Shown here one piece after another: positions 1-8,046 of a stretch of DNA of 64,000 nucleotides. The position numbers and the translations under genes are program-made. Each line of letters starts with the position of its first letter. The stretch's first letter is position 1. The stretch is from positions 2,848 to 66,847 of the forward strand of contig LCIO01000002.1 of NCBI GenBank assembly GCA_001001115.1, read 5' to 3'. The notes beneath the pieces are model-generated. The model was not told the origin of the DNA. It made no database searches and saw only the letters and a list, made by a program, of their open reading frames with translations. The stretch comes from Candidatus Wolfebacteria bacterium GW2011_GWA1_44_24. Its GTDB lineage: Bacteria; Patescibacteriota; Minisyncoccia; UBA6257; UBA9933.

Positions 1-1
1 C

Positions 2-1435
2 ATCCCAACCGCTCGGCACGGTTTCAATGATCGAAAAATTGGCGCCGTCTAATTCCGTGAATACATCAAAAAAACTTGAAATTTGATGTTCGGGCTGATT
101 TGTAGTGTCTAAATCAAAACCATTGTCTCCGCCAAGCCCGCTAAAATGAAATGTGCCGTCGTCTCCAATAGAAGTTTTAGTAACAGTAATACGCGCCGCT
201 TTTTTGTTAATAATAGTGCATGTCTTGGTTTCTCCTACGTTGATTTCTATATCAGCGCAATCATTACTCATATTTTGCCATAACGGCAAAGCCGATAAAT
301 CTTCCACTACGCCATATGTGCCGGGAGTAACTTCATAATCTTTGTCAGTCGCATCCGTTATTGTTCCCGCGCCTCCGTCGGTAATCGCGCCGCTACCGGA
401 CGCGGTAACGGGGAATTGAGTCGTATCGCCTTCGGGATACGTGGTTTTTTGAACTATTAAATGGCCCGTTGTCGCAATAACGCTCCCGGTAACAGCTACA
501 TCATCAACACGGAAATATTCATTATCATCACTGGAATCGTTGCGAAAACGCAGAAGAAACGAACCATCATTAACGCCGGAAACGAACGAGGAAAAAATCA
601 CTTGCGAACTCCAAGCAGAACCATCAAGATTATGCGAATTTATATTGGTCCACACCAAACCGTCAGAGCAACTGCCCGATGTTTTGTATTCTACAATACC
701 CTTATCGCTACTGCCATCTGCATCGGGGTCTTGTTTCCAGTAATAGCTTAATTGAATATTCTGATAACCGGAGGTATTAATGGTACGGCAAATATATTCA
801 TCGTCGCTGCCGTTATCATCTTCATTTCCTATTTTGGCGAATTTATTGGATAACAAAGTGTCCCGGGTTTGATCTTGCCCGGAACTGTTTGTTCCGGTAA
901 TAGAGGTATCTTCGGGGTCATTAGCGGGACCGCCTTCTGTCCAGCCGGCAACAACCTCGCTGTTTGAAGTTCCGAATGTGTCGGCAAACGGCAGAACAGC
1001 AATAGATTGTACCGTAACCGCGCCAGTCATTGTTCTTGTAGCGCTCGCGCCCACGGTGCATGAATCATCATTGTAAGCAATGAATTCAGCGTCATAGGTT
1101 CCCGCAGAGCCGGGCGCTGTGATAAGAAATGTCTCGCTGTTTGTACCGCCACTATTATGATTTCCATGATTAACACAGGTAAACGCGCCGGAGCCGATAC
1201 GCCATTGAGTCGCGCGCCAGTCGTTTGCGGAACCGCTCCCGGTACCCGTAACATTAACTGTCGCGATAATAGACGAACTCGGATCAACGCTTACGGCTGT
1301 TCCGCCGTTTAAATCCGTTCCCGAAACATTAACAGTAACGGTTGCGCTCACGAATGCCGGCTGTACCGCTACAAATAAAACAAACGCCCCAACTGCGGCA
1401 AATGCGATTATTTTGCCAAAGTATTTATAGTTCAT
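2..1435 (-). CDS. Secreted/cell-surface protein with complete N-terminus; the C-terminus runs off the window (478 codons visible). Signal/TM segment, Ig-like and jelly-roll-like modules, then prealbumin/Cna-B-like repeats
   Basis: Hand translation of the minus strand from ATG at 1435..1433 stays open to position 2. It is absent from the ORF track because it has no in-window stop. Sequence: MNYKYFGKIIAFAAVGAFVLFVAVQPAFVSATVTVNVSG...YFRVDDVAVTGSVIATTGHLIVQKTTYPEGDTTQFPVTASG...VTPGTYGVVE...GETKTCTIINKK...FSIIETVPSGWD. Hydrophobic N-terminus. Fold assignments are inference. Confidence 0.75.
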   Translation of the reverse strand, partial: MNYKYFGKIIAFAAVGAFVLFVAVQPAFVSATVTVNVSGTDLNGGTAVSVDPSSSIIATVNVTGTGSGSANDWRATQWRIGSGAFTCVNHGNHNSGGTNSETFLITAPGSAGTYDAEFIAYNDDSCTVGASATRTMTGAVTVQSIAVLPFADTFGTSNSEVVAGWTEGGPANDPEDTSITGTNSSGQDQTRDTLLSNKFAKIGNEDDNGSDDEYICRTINTSGYQNIQLSYYWKQDPDADGSSDKGIVEYKTSGSCSDGLVWTNINSHNLDGSAWSSQVIFSSFVSGVNDGSFLLRFRNDSSDDNEYFRVDDVAVTGSVIATTGHLIVQKTTYPEGDTTQFPVTASGSGAITDGGAGTITDATDKDYEVTPGTYGVVEDLSALPLWQNMSNDCADIEINVGETKTCTIINKKAARITVTKTSIGDDGTFHFSGLGGDNGFDLDTTNQPEHQISSFFDVFTELDGANFSIIETVPSGWD

Positions 1436-1442
1436 AATTACA

Positions 1443-1472
1443 ATAATAATAATATTTTTTTCATTTTGTCAA
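1443..1472 (-). promoter_or_regulatory. Sigma70-type promoter for the 2..1435 gene, at leaderless spacing
   Basis: The minus strand reads TTGACA (1472..1467), an 18-nt spacer, TATTAT (1448..1443), 7 nt (tgtaatt), then ATG at 1435. There is no Shine-Dalgarno. Confidence 0.6.
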
Positions 1473-1532
1473 GCAGTTGTATGAACAACCGAAACTTCCG
1501 ACAATTTATACCGGGCAAGCGGGTAAGGGTTA

Positions 1533-1604
1533 AGCGGGTAAGGGGAATCGAACCCCTGTCACCAGTTTGGAAAACTGGAGTAATAGCCATTATACGATAC
1601 CCGC
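1533..1604 (-). tRNA. tRNA-Gly (anticodon UCC)
   Basis: The minus strand reads GCGGGTATCGTATAATGGCTATTACTCCAGTTTTCCAAACTGGTGACAGGGGTTCGATTCCCCTTACCCGCT. Acceptor GCGGGTA/TACCCGC; anticodon stem CCAGT/ACTGG with loop TTTCCAA; T-arm AGGGG-TTCGATT-CCCCT; discriminator U. No CCA is encoded. Confidence 0.93.
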
Positions 1605-1684
1605 AATTTTTTTTATTATATCATTTTATACCCCAAATTGATAATTATTGAACATTCAATATAATATATGCTAAAATAATTTTA

Positions 1685-2296
1685 ATGTTATTTTCCGAAT
1701 TTTATCACAAAATTCCGCGGCGGGTCAAAATTTTCTGTGTTTTTATTTTGATTGTTCTGGCGGTTTATCTGTTGGTTTATTTTTTGACTCCCGTAGCGCA
1801 AAATGTGCCGGAAGAATTTTTAAGGGCGCGCCAGGAAGCGTCGCTGATTGCCAAAGACATTATTTTTATTTCGTCTCAAACAGCCGACAATATAAACAAA
1901 ATATCCGATTTGGACCGCGACAAAAATTACACCGAAGCGCTGAATTTGATTTCCGCCGAGCTGAACAATAATCGCGAGGCGCGGAACAAGGCCGTAAACC
2001 TTTCGGCTCAGCTGGAAATCATGACGAAAAACATTTCACAGATTTCTCCGCCCGTTGTTTCGCAGATTGCCCTGGAAGCGGTTGGTTCGGAAACCACCCT
2101 GATCAGCCGGCTGATCACTTACAACGATTATTTGGTCCAGCTTCTCGGAATTTTGCAGAAAAAATTTTTGGGGCAGGAAAAAAATAGCAATGAAAAAATA
2201 ACGGAATTGATAAGCAAAATAAACGAAGAGGCCAAAGCCATCAATAATTTAGACAAAAATTTCAACGATTTAATGAAGCAATTTGACGGTCAATGA
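1685..2296 (+). CDS. Hypothetical N-terminally membrane-anchored helical (coiled-coil-like) protein; first gene of the surface-protein island
   Basis: 203-aa ORF with one N-terminal TM (IFCVFILIVLAVYLLVYFLT) and a helical remainder rich in N/K/E/L. Its stop overlaps the next start (ATGA at 2293), suggesting co-translation with the 702-aa gene. Confidence 0.65.
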   Translation: MLFSEFYHKIPRRVKIFCVFILIVLAVYLLVYFLTPVAQNVPEEFLRARQEASLIAKDIIFISSQTADNINKISDLDRDKNYTEALNLISAELNNNREARNKAVNLSAQLEIMTKNISQISPPVVSQIALEAVGSETTLISRLITYNDYLVQLLGILQKKFLGQEKNSNEKITELISKINEEAKAINNLDKNFNDLMKQFDGQ

Positions 2297-4401
2297 AGAT
2301 AAAAAGGAAATTTATTTTTTCAGTAATTGTGTTTTTAGCGATGGTTGGCTGGATTTTTTCCGGCTGGCCGCAGATTTGGCAGAATCCTCCAGTGCCACCA
2401 GAAATTCAAAAAACCAAAGCTTCGCCCGCATTTACTGCCAGAACCGAGACCTATGCTAGGGGCTCTTCACTAAGTTCGCCCTATGATTTTACAATAAATA
2501 AGGCAGGTGGAACGGTAGATGGGGACATAATGTTTATGTTTCTGGCTATCTATGTTTCGTCTCCACCGACTGTTGACAGCGTGCCTTCTGGTTGGACGCT
2601 GGTAGCCACCAACACCACAACCAATAGTAGGTGGTATCTCTACTACAAGATAGCTTCGGGTGAAGGAACGAGTTACACTTGGAGTCTTACTGCCAGCGCT
2701 AGGTATTATGCTCTCAATATCGCTTATTCGTCAGGTGACTTTGATGTCCAAAGTATCAGCGACATAACAGCTATTTCCAACACTCTTTATGGCACGGGTA
2801 ATGCGAATGTCAGGGCAGCTTCAATGAATGTTCCCGCTGTAAATTCCCCACTGGTATATTTTGGAGCTATCTACAATACGACAGTCAGGACTTTCACCAA
2901 ACCTATTTTGCCTACTACAGATTGGGTTGAAGATGCTGACCAAGGACATACCATTCCAGACTTGTCCTTAACTATTGGCTCCATGATTTGGACTGGTTCG
3001 GGCGCTACTGGCGATATGGACATCACTTGTTCAGCCAGTATTACAACCTATAAGCATGCCTTTGCCGTAGCTCTTAAACCAGTTGTTGCTCCCACCGTCA
3101 GCACTCAAGCGGCGACACTTAAGGAGGCGACTACAGCGACTTGCAATGGAACTATTACGGTAACGGGCGGAGTAAATTCCACCAACGCCGGCTGTGAATG
3201 GGATATAGATACCGGCGCTCCTTACGCCAACACCGCGTCAACTGCCGGCGATTATGGCGCGGCGCCCTTTACCCAATCCCTTACCAGTTTGCCTTCAGGA
3301 ACAACTATTTACGCCAGGGCTTTTGCTACTAATTCTGCTGGAACGGGATATGGCGGCGAGGTCAGTTTTTTGACCAAACCGGCCGCTCCGACTAGCGTAG
3401 CGGCTACTGATGGTTCGGCCACCGATAAAGTAACTATAACATGGACAAAATCTACCGGTGCGACTGACTATCATGTCTGGCGCGATTCAACCGATTTGGG
3501 CGCGGCTGGGGATGTGGCAACATTTGACGATACGGGAGCGGATGCGCCGATTATCACTCCAGGAACTGCGGCTGCCAGCGACGGAACTTCTGCCGATTAT
3601 GTAGCGTTGAGCGTGTCCGGTCAGTCGGCCAATAATGGCACCACGCATACTTATAAAGTAGTTGCCTCCAATGCCACAGGCAACAGTGCTGACAGCGCCA
3701 CTGATACTGGTTACCGGGGCGTCGGCTCTCTTACTTACCAATGGCAAAGATCGGCCGCGGATAGCGACGCAAGCTATTCAAATATAGATGGCGCAACCAC
3801 TGCGAGCTACAACGATACCGGCGCCCCATCTGATGGAAGCGGGAGGTACTACAAAGTTGTTGAGAATGCCACCGGTGCAACCCAGCAAATTTCTGCTTCT
3901 GATAGAGGATATAGATTAACTACCACTATTTCCTGCTCCACAGATAATTCTTCAACTTCTTTTAGCGCCTGGACTGACACCTCCATAAAAACATCTTCGC
4001 CCAACGCTTCAACCACAATGTCCTGCTCCGGCACTTCTTCGGGCTGCGCTCTTTATGTCAAAAATGCGGGCGGCGGTGGGAATCCCGGTTTATGGAAAAG
4101 CGCCGCGCCGACGTATCTTATTGCTTCCGTTGACGCGGTTCTTTCCGCTGGCGTTGACGGTTACGGCATTCAAGCCACTTCGACAGCCAGTGGCTCAGGC
4201 GGCACATTAAGTTTTAATTCCAAATACAATCAAACCGGCAACAATGTCGGCGGCTTGACGCTCACCAATACCGTTCTGGCTTCGTCCACGGTTGATGTTT
4301 CCGGGCGCGAAGCGGTGGTAATCCATAAAGCGGCGGTCAGCGGCGTTGCGATTTCGGGAAGTTACTCGGATACGATTACTTACGAATGTACGGCAAATTA
4401 A
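2293..4401 (+). CDS. Large secreted surface protein: N-terminal anchor/signal, unknown ~250-aa domain, FN3/Ig-like repeats, C-terminal ~157-aa WxL-like module
   Basis: 702-aa ORF. N-terminal hydrophobic segment FIFSVIVFLAMVGWIFSGW. Repeats of the type VTITWTKSTGATDYHVWRD and LTYQWQRSA...YYKVV (FN3-like) and GCEWD...GTTIYARAFATNSAGTGYGGEVSF. The C-terminal module (3928-4398) is paralogous to the next gene and ends GSYSDTITYECTAN. Confidence 0.8.
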   Translation: MKIKRKFIFSVIVFLAMVGWIFSGWPQIWQNPPVPPEIQKTKASPAFTARTETYARGSSLSSPYDFTINKAGGTVDGDIMFMFLAIYVSSPPTVDSVPSGWTLVATNTTTNSRWYLYYKIASGEGTSYTWSLTASARYYALNIAYSSGDFDVQSISDITAISNTLYGTGNANVRAASMNVPAVNSPLVYFGAIYNTTVRTFTKPILPTTDWVEDADQGHTIPDLSLTIGSMIWTGSGATGDMDITCSASITTYKHAFAVALKPVVAPTVSTQAATLKEATTATCNGTITVTGGVNSTNAGCEWDIDTGAPYANTASTAGDYGAAPFTQSLTSLPSGTTIYARAFATNSAGTGYGGEVSFLTKPAAPTSVAATDGSATDKVTITWTKSTGATDYHVWRDSTDLGAAGDVATFDDTGADAPIITPGTAAASDGTSADYVALSVSGQSANNGTTHTYKVVASNATGNSADSATDTGYRGVGSLTYQWQRSAADSDASYSNIDGATTASYNDTGAPSDGSGRYYKVVENATGATQQISASDRGYRLTTTISCSTDNSSTSFSAWTDTSIKTSSPNASTTMSCSGTSSGCALYVKNAGGGGNPGLWKSAAPTYLIASVDAVLSAGVDGYGIQATSTASGSGGTLSFNSKYNQTGNNVGGLTLTNTVLASSTVDVSGREAVVIHKAAVSGVAISGSYSDTITYECTAN

Positions 4402-4507
4402 CAGCCGCGGTTATCCACAGAATTAAGTATTGCTTTAAAAATCTTTTGTCTTTATACTGAATATAATTAAACATATTAAAAGGTCGCGATAAAAAGAGAT
4501 ATTAAAA

Positions 4508-5161
4508 TTGAATAAAAATATTATGCGCGAAAACATATTGATGGAGGCAATAGGCGGCAGTATTATTATTGGGATTTTTCTTTTATTGAGCGGAGCATTT
4601 TTCCCGACTTATGAAATATTCGTTAATCCCGAATGGGCAACCGCGGCAACTACGAGCGCGGTAACGGTAAGCGCGAGCATTACGGCCAGTATCAGCTGCA
4701 GCACTAATAATGGCTCTACCGATTTCGGCACTTGGACTGACACATCTATAAAAACAGCTTCGCCGGACGCTTCCAGCACAATATCTTGCGCCAATTCATC
4801 GGCTGGCTGCACCCTTTATGTCAAAGACGCGGGCAATGCCGGGAATCCCGGTTTATGGAATTCCAGCGCTTCTAAATTGATTGCTTCCGCCAGCTCGACG
4901 CTTGCCAGCGGTACCGAAGGTTACGGTCTTCAAGCCACCAGCACCGTTACGGGAAACGGCGACACTCTTGATTTCAATTCAACCTATGTGAAGAGCGGCA
5001 ATGACGTGGGAGGGCTTTTGACCAGTAATATAACTTTAGCGAGCACCAACGCCACTTCGTCAAATCGCGAAGCAGTGGTAACCCATAAAGCCGCGATAGC
5101 GGGCAATACGCCATCCGGAAGTTATGCCGATACCATTACTTACGAATGCACCGCAAACTAA
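4508..5161 (+). CDS. Small secreted protein made almost entirely of the WxL-like C-terminal module shared with the 702-aa protein
   Basis: 217-aa ORF with a TTG start at 4508; an alternative ATG lies at 4523 (MRENILMEA...). Signal/TM segment GGSIIIGIFLLLSGAFF. Residues from ISCSTNNGSTDFGTWTDTSIKT to GSYADTITYECTAN align end-to-end with the C-terminus of the upstream protein. Confidence 0.75.
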   Translation: MNKNIMRENILMEAIGGSIIIGIFLLLSGAFFPTYEIFVNPEWATAATTSAVTVSASITASISCSTNNGSTDFGTWTDTSIKTASPDASSTISCANSSAGCTLYVKDAGNAGNPGLWNSSASKLIASASSTLASGTEGYGLQATSTVTGNGDTLDFNSTYVKSGNDVGGLLTSNITLASTNATSSNREAVVTHKAAIAGNTPSGSYADTITYECTAN

Positions 5162-5191
5162 TGGCGTTGAAACGTCTTTAGTTTCAAGCTT

Positions 5192-6097
5192 ATGAGCCGA
5201 AGCCGCTTGTTTTATTTCACTTTAATTTTGATTGCCACTTTTGTTGCGGCGTCGAATTTTGTTTCGGCGGTTACGGTTGGGCCGGCGAAGATAGAATATA
5301 AAGCCGACCCCGGAGAAATAATCACTGGCAAACTTTTTGTCGTCAATGATGGTCAGGAAGCGCAAACATTTTACGCGGCGTTTGAAAAATTCACTGAAGT
5401 GGATGGGCAAAAGAAATTTTTGCCGAGCGAACCGGCGGAGCTTAGCGAGTGGTTCAAAATGGAAAAGAGCGTTACTTTAAAGCCCGCTGAACAAAAAGAG
5501 ATTTCTTTTACCGTTGAAGTGCCGAAAAATGCGCCGCCCGGAGGCCATTTTGCCGTTATCTGGTGGGGTACGGCTTCGCCGGATGCCAAAGAGGTTGCCA
5601 TTGTTACCCGTGCCGGCATTTTGGTTTATCTTCAGGTTTCTGGAGAAGTGAATGAAAAGGGCGACATCGGCAAATTTTCCTTAACCAAAGGGAAATTCGC
5701 GTTCAAACTACCTGATGATTTTACTGTAAATTTCATAAACCAAGGCAACACTTACCTAAAGCCGCGGGGAGAGATAGCGATAAAAAATATTTTCGGTTCG
5801 ACAATCGCGAATTTCAAGGTCAACGCCAAAGAAAGAATTATCTTTCCGGAAAATGCTCAGATATTGGATGTGGCCAAGAAATTTGACAAACCGCCGTTCG
5901 TTTTCGGATTTTATAAGGCGGAACTGGCGCTTCAGTGGGGTGAAAAACAGAGCAATATTCTTAAAAGCGTTTGGTTTTTCGTTTTCCCGTGGAAAACGGT
6001 TCTTGTGGGGCTGATAATTCTCGCGGCGATTTTATTTATTGCCACAAAAGGAATTAAAAAATACAATCAGTGGATTCTTAAAAAATATTCCAACTAA
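5192..6097 (+). CDS. Signal peptide + two beta-sandwich-like halves + single C-terminal TM anchor; DUF916/DUF3324-like (CscA-like) surface protein (inference)
   Basis: 301 aa. Signal peptide LFYFTLILIATFVAASNFVSA. Contains VTVGPAKIEYKADPGEIITGKLFVVNDGQEAQTFYAAFEKF...SVTLKPAEQKEISFTVEVPKNAPPGGHFAVIWWG, then a second half ...FINQGNTYLKPRGEIAIKNIFG.... C-terminal TM WKTVLVGLIILAAILFIA followed by basic residues. Confidence 0.7.
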   Translation: MSRSRLFYFTLILIATFVAASNFVSAVTVGPAKIEYKADPGEIITGKLFVVNDGQEAQTFYAAFEKFTEVDGQKKFLPSEPAELSEWFKMEKSVTLKPAEQKEISFTVEVPKNAPPGGHFAVIWWGTASPDAKEVAIVTRAGILVYLQVSGEVNEKGDIGKFSLTKGKFAFKLPDDFTVNFINQGNTYLKPRGEIAIKNIFGSTIANFKVNAKERIIFPENAQILDVAKKFDKPPFVFGFYKAELALQWGEKQSNILKSVWFFVFPWKTVLVGLIILAAILFIATKGIKKYNQWILKKYSN

Positions 6098-6112
6098 TTT
6101 TTTTATCAATGA

Positions 6113-7159
6113 ATGAAAAATATTTTACAAAATTTCCTGTATTTGTTGTTATTCGTTGTCCTGTTCGTTTTTGTTAGTAGCGGATTATCTTATGCTACTT
6201 CGGTCAATGTTTCCGCCGATGTTCAAAATTTGTGTGGCAACGGAACGGTAAATTCAGGTGAGCAGTGCGACGGCTCGGCTTTGGGCGGGGGAAGCTGTAC
6301 GGGCCAAGGTTATGCCGGCGGCACTTTAAGCTGCAATTCCAACTGCACTTTTAATACTTCTGCTTGTACTTCCGGTGGCGGAGGAGGCGGAGGCGGTGGC
6401 GGAGGCGGATATGTCGCGCCAGCCACCGGCGTTATCCTCTCCGGCCGAGCTTATCCCAAGAGCACGATAACGGTTTTGAAAGACGCGCAAATTGCGGCAA
6501 CTACGGTTGCTGACGCAAATGCCAATTTTTCAATGAGCGTTACCGGCATTTCCAGCGGCAATTATATTTTTAGCGTTTATTCGGAAGATAGCAAAGGAAT
6601 CCGCTCATCTCTTTTAACTTTTCCTGTAAGTGTAAGTTCCGGCGCCACCACGAACATTGGCGGCATTTTTATCGCCCCCACCATCGCGGTTGATAAGAGC
6701 GAAGTTAAACGCGGCGACAACATCGCGATTTTTGGGCAAAGCGCGCCAAGCGGAGAGATTACCATTGCCGTTAGTTCTGGGGAAGAGTTTTTTGGAAAAA
6801 CTGCCGCTGATCCGAATGGCGCGTATCTTTACAACTTTGATACTACTCAACTGGATATGGGTCAGCATTTCACAAAATCAAAAGCGGCCAAAGAAGGCGC
6901 GATTAGTTCTTTTAGCAAGGCCATCAGTTTTCTCGTTGGCACAAAAAATATTGTAGCCGCGCCGCCAGCAAAATGTCCGGCCAAGGCAGATATAAACAGC
7001 GATTGCAAAGTCAATCTGGTGGATTTTTCCATTGCCGCGTATTGGTATAAGCGGACAATTAGCGCAGAATTCGCGGTTAAAGAAAAGGAGTGGTTAAACG
7101 GCGATGGCAAAGTAGATTTGGTGGATTTCAGCATTATGGCGTTTTATTGGACCGGGTAA
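6113..7159 (+). CDS. Secreted dockerin-containing protein: Cys-rich repeat, Gly12 linker, two Ig-like/carboxypeptidase-regulatory-like domains, C-terminal type-I-like dockerin
   Basis: 348 aa. Signal peptide LLFVVLFVFVSSGLSYA. CGNGTVNSGEQCDG...CNSNCTFNTSAC (myxococcal-type Cys-rich repeat pattern). Run of 12 Gly (6374-6409). The C-terminus has two Ca-binding-loop/helix segments, DINSDCKVNLVDFSIAAYWY and LNGDGKVDLVDFSIMAFYW, matching the dockerin duplicated-segment pattern. Confidence 0.8.
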   Translation: MKNILQNFLYLLLFVVLFVFVSSGLSYATSVNVSADVQNLCGNGTVNSGEQCDGSALGGGSCTGQGYAGGTLSCNSNCTFNTSACTSGGGGGGGGGGGGYVAPATGVILSGRAYPKSTITVLKDAQIAATTVADANANFSMSVTGISSGNYIFSVYSEDSKGIRSSLLTFPVSVSSGATTNIGGIFIAPTIAVDKSEVKRGDNIAIFGQSAPSGEITIAVSSGEEFFGKTAADPNGAYLYNFDTTQLDMGQHFTKSKAAKEGAISSFSKAISFLVGTKNIVAAPPAKCPAKADINSDCKVNLVDFSIAAYWYKRTISAEFAVKEKEWLNGDGKVDLVDFSIMAFYWTG

Positions 7160-7161
7160 TT

Positions 7162-8046
7162 ATGAATTCAAAGTCAAAAATTAAAAATTATTTTATTCCC
7201 GTTTTGGCGATATTTACATTGTTACCTTTGCTAACTTTTGCGGCGGAACTTCGCGTTGAAATAAAAAATCGGGAAATCAGCGTTGGCGAGCAGTTTAAAG
7301 TTGATGTTGTTTTGAACGCCAAAGGAGAAGAACTTAATGCCATAGAAGGAAGTATTTTGTTTCCCGACAATCTAATTTCGCTCAAAGAAATAAGAGACGG
7401 AAATTCCATAATTAATTTTTGGATTGAACGGCCTAAAATAACAAATGAAAGGAAAATTGATTTTTCCGGAATAATTCCGGGCGGATACAAAGAAGCAAAC
7501 GGATTTCTTTTTTCCGCGATATTCGTCGCTAAAAGCGAGGGGCAGGGAATAATAGAATTTCGGAATTTTAGGGCGCTTAAAAATGACGGCCTCGGCACGT
7601 CGGCTTCTTTGGCGGCTTCCAGTTTCCAATTTCTCGTTTCCAAACAAGTCCCGGTTTCTCAAATCCCAACTTCTGAAATTAAAGACAGCGATCCTCCGGA
7701 AAAATTTGGATCGGAAATTGCGAGCGATCCGACGCTTTTTGACGGTAAATGGTTTTTGGTTTTTGCGACGCAAGACAAAGGGTCGGGTATTGACCATTAT
7801 GAAGTCCGCGAGAATTTTTGGGGCGGATTTGTTATCGCAAAAAGTCCGTACATTTTGCAAAATCAGAATGTTGACAAAAAGATTTATGTAAAAGCAACAG
7901 ACAAAGCGGGCAACGAAAGAATTGAAGCGTTTTACCCGGTTCATTATAGGCCGTGGTATCAAAATTACCGGATAATCGCTATACTAATGATAGTGGCGGT
8001 AATTGTCGGCGTAATTTTGAAAAAATTCAATGGCAAAAATCGGTAA
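7162..8046 (+). CDS. Cohesin-like domain protein with C-terminal membrane anchor
   Basis: The track ORF starts at 7090 but overlaps the upstream gene. The in-frame ATG at 7162 gives MNSKSKIKNYFIPVLAIFTLLPLLTFA (signal peptide). Then ELRVEIKNREISVGEQFKVDVVLNAKGEELNAIEGSILFPDNLISLKEIRDGNSIINFW (cohesin-like pattern), an Ig-like ...VKATDKAGNERIE segment, and C-terminal TM IIAILMIVAVIVGVIL. Confidence 0.75.
   Translation: MNSKSKIKNYFIPVLAIFTLLPLLTFAAELRVEIKNREISVGEQFKVDVVLNAKGEELNAIEGSILFPDNLISLKEIRDGNSIINFWIERPKITNERKIDFSGIIPGGYKEANGFLFSAIFVAKSEGQGIIEFRNFRALKNDGLGTSASLAASSFQFLVSKQVPVSQIPTSEIKDSDPPEKFGSEIASDPTLFDGKWFLVFATQDKGSGIDHYEVRENFWGGFVIAKSPYILQNQNVDKKIYVKATDKAGNERIEAFYPVHYRPWYQNYRIIAILMIVAVIVGVILKKFNGKNR

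Noticed and set aside
1466-1651. 61-aa plus-strand ORF
   Set aside because: It overlaps tRNA-Gly on the opposite strand, and its sequence (…GIEPLSPVWKTGV…) is the typical translation artefact of a tRNA gene. The same reasoning applies to ORFs 16854-17114, 36593-36883, 36711-36917, 37173-37355 and 61301-61600, which overlap tRNA-Glu, tRNA-Ile/Val, tRNA-Leu and tRNA-Asp.
4411-4419. Perfect DnaA-box 9-mers TTATCCACA at 4411-4419 and 52714-52722 (possible oriC)
   Set aside because: There are only two copies, about 48 kb apart. They are not clustered, no dnaA/dnaN is nearby, and there is no AT-rich unwinding element with multiple boxes. Two matches to a 9-mer on either strand of 64 kb is compatible with chance.
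6374-6409. GGN x12 run (poly-Gly) as a phase-variable tract or G-quadruplex
   Set aside because: The repeat unit is a codon triplet with mixed GGT/GGC/GGA, so slippage would stay in frame, and the G-tracts are only 2 nt long. The simplest reading is a flexible linker.
7090-7161. Upstream extensions of track ORFs (7090, 40500, 40729, 49553, 52724, 62859)
   Set aside because: The extensions overlap the preceding or divergent gene and encode non-protein-like sequence. Internal ATGs (7162, 40629, 40609, 49571, 52757, 62832) give canonical signal peptides or conserved N-termini.
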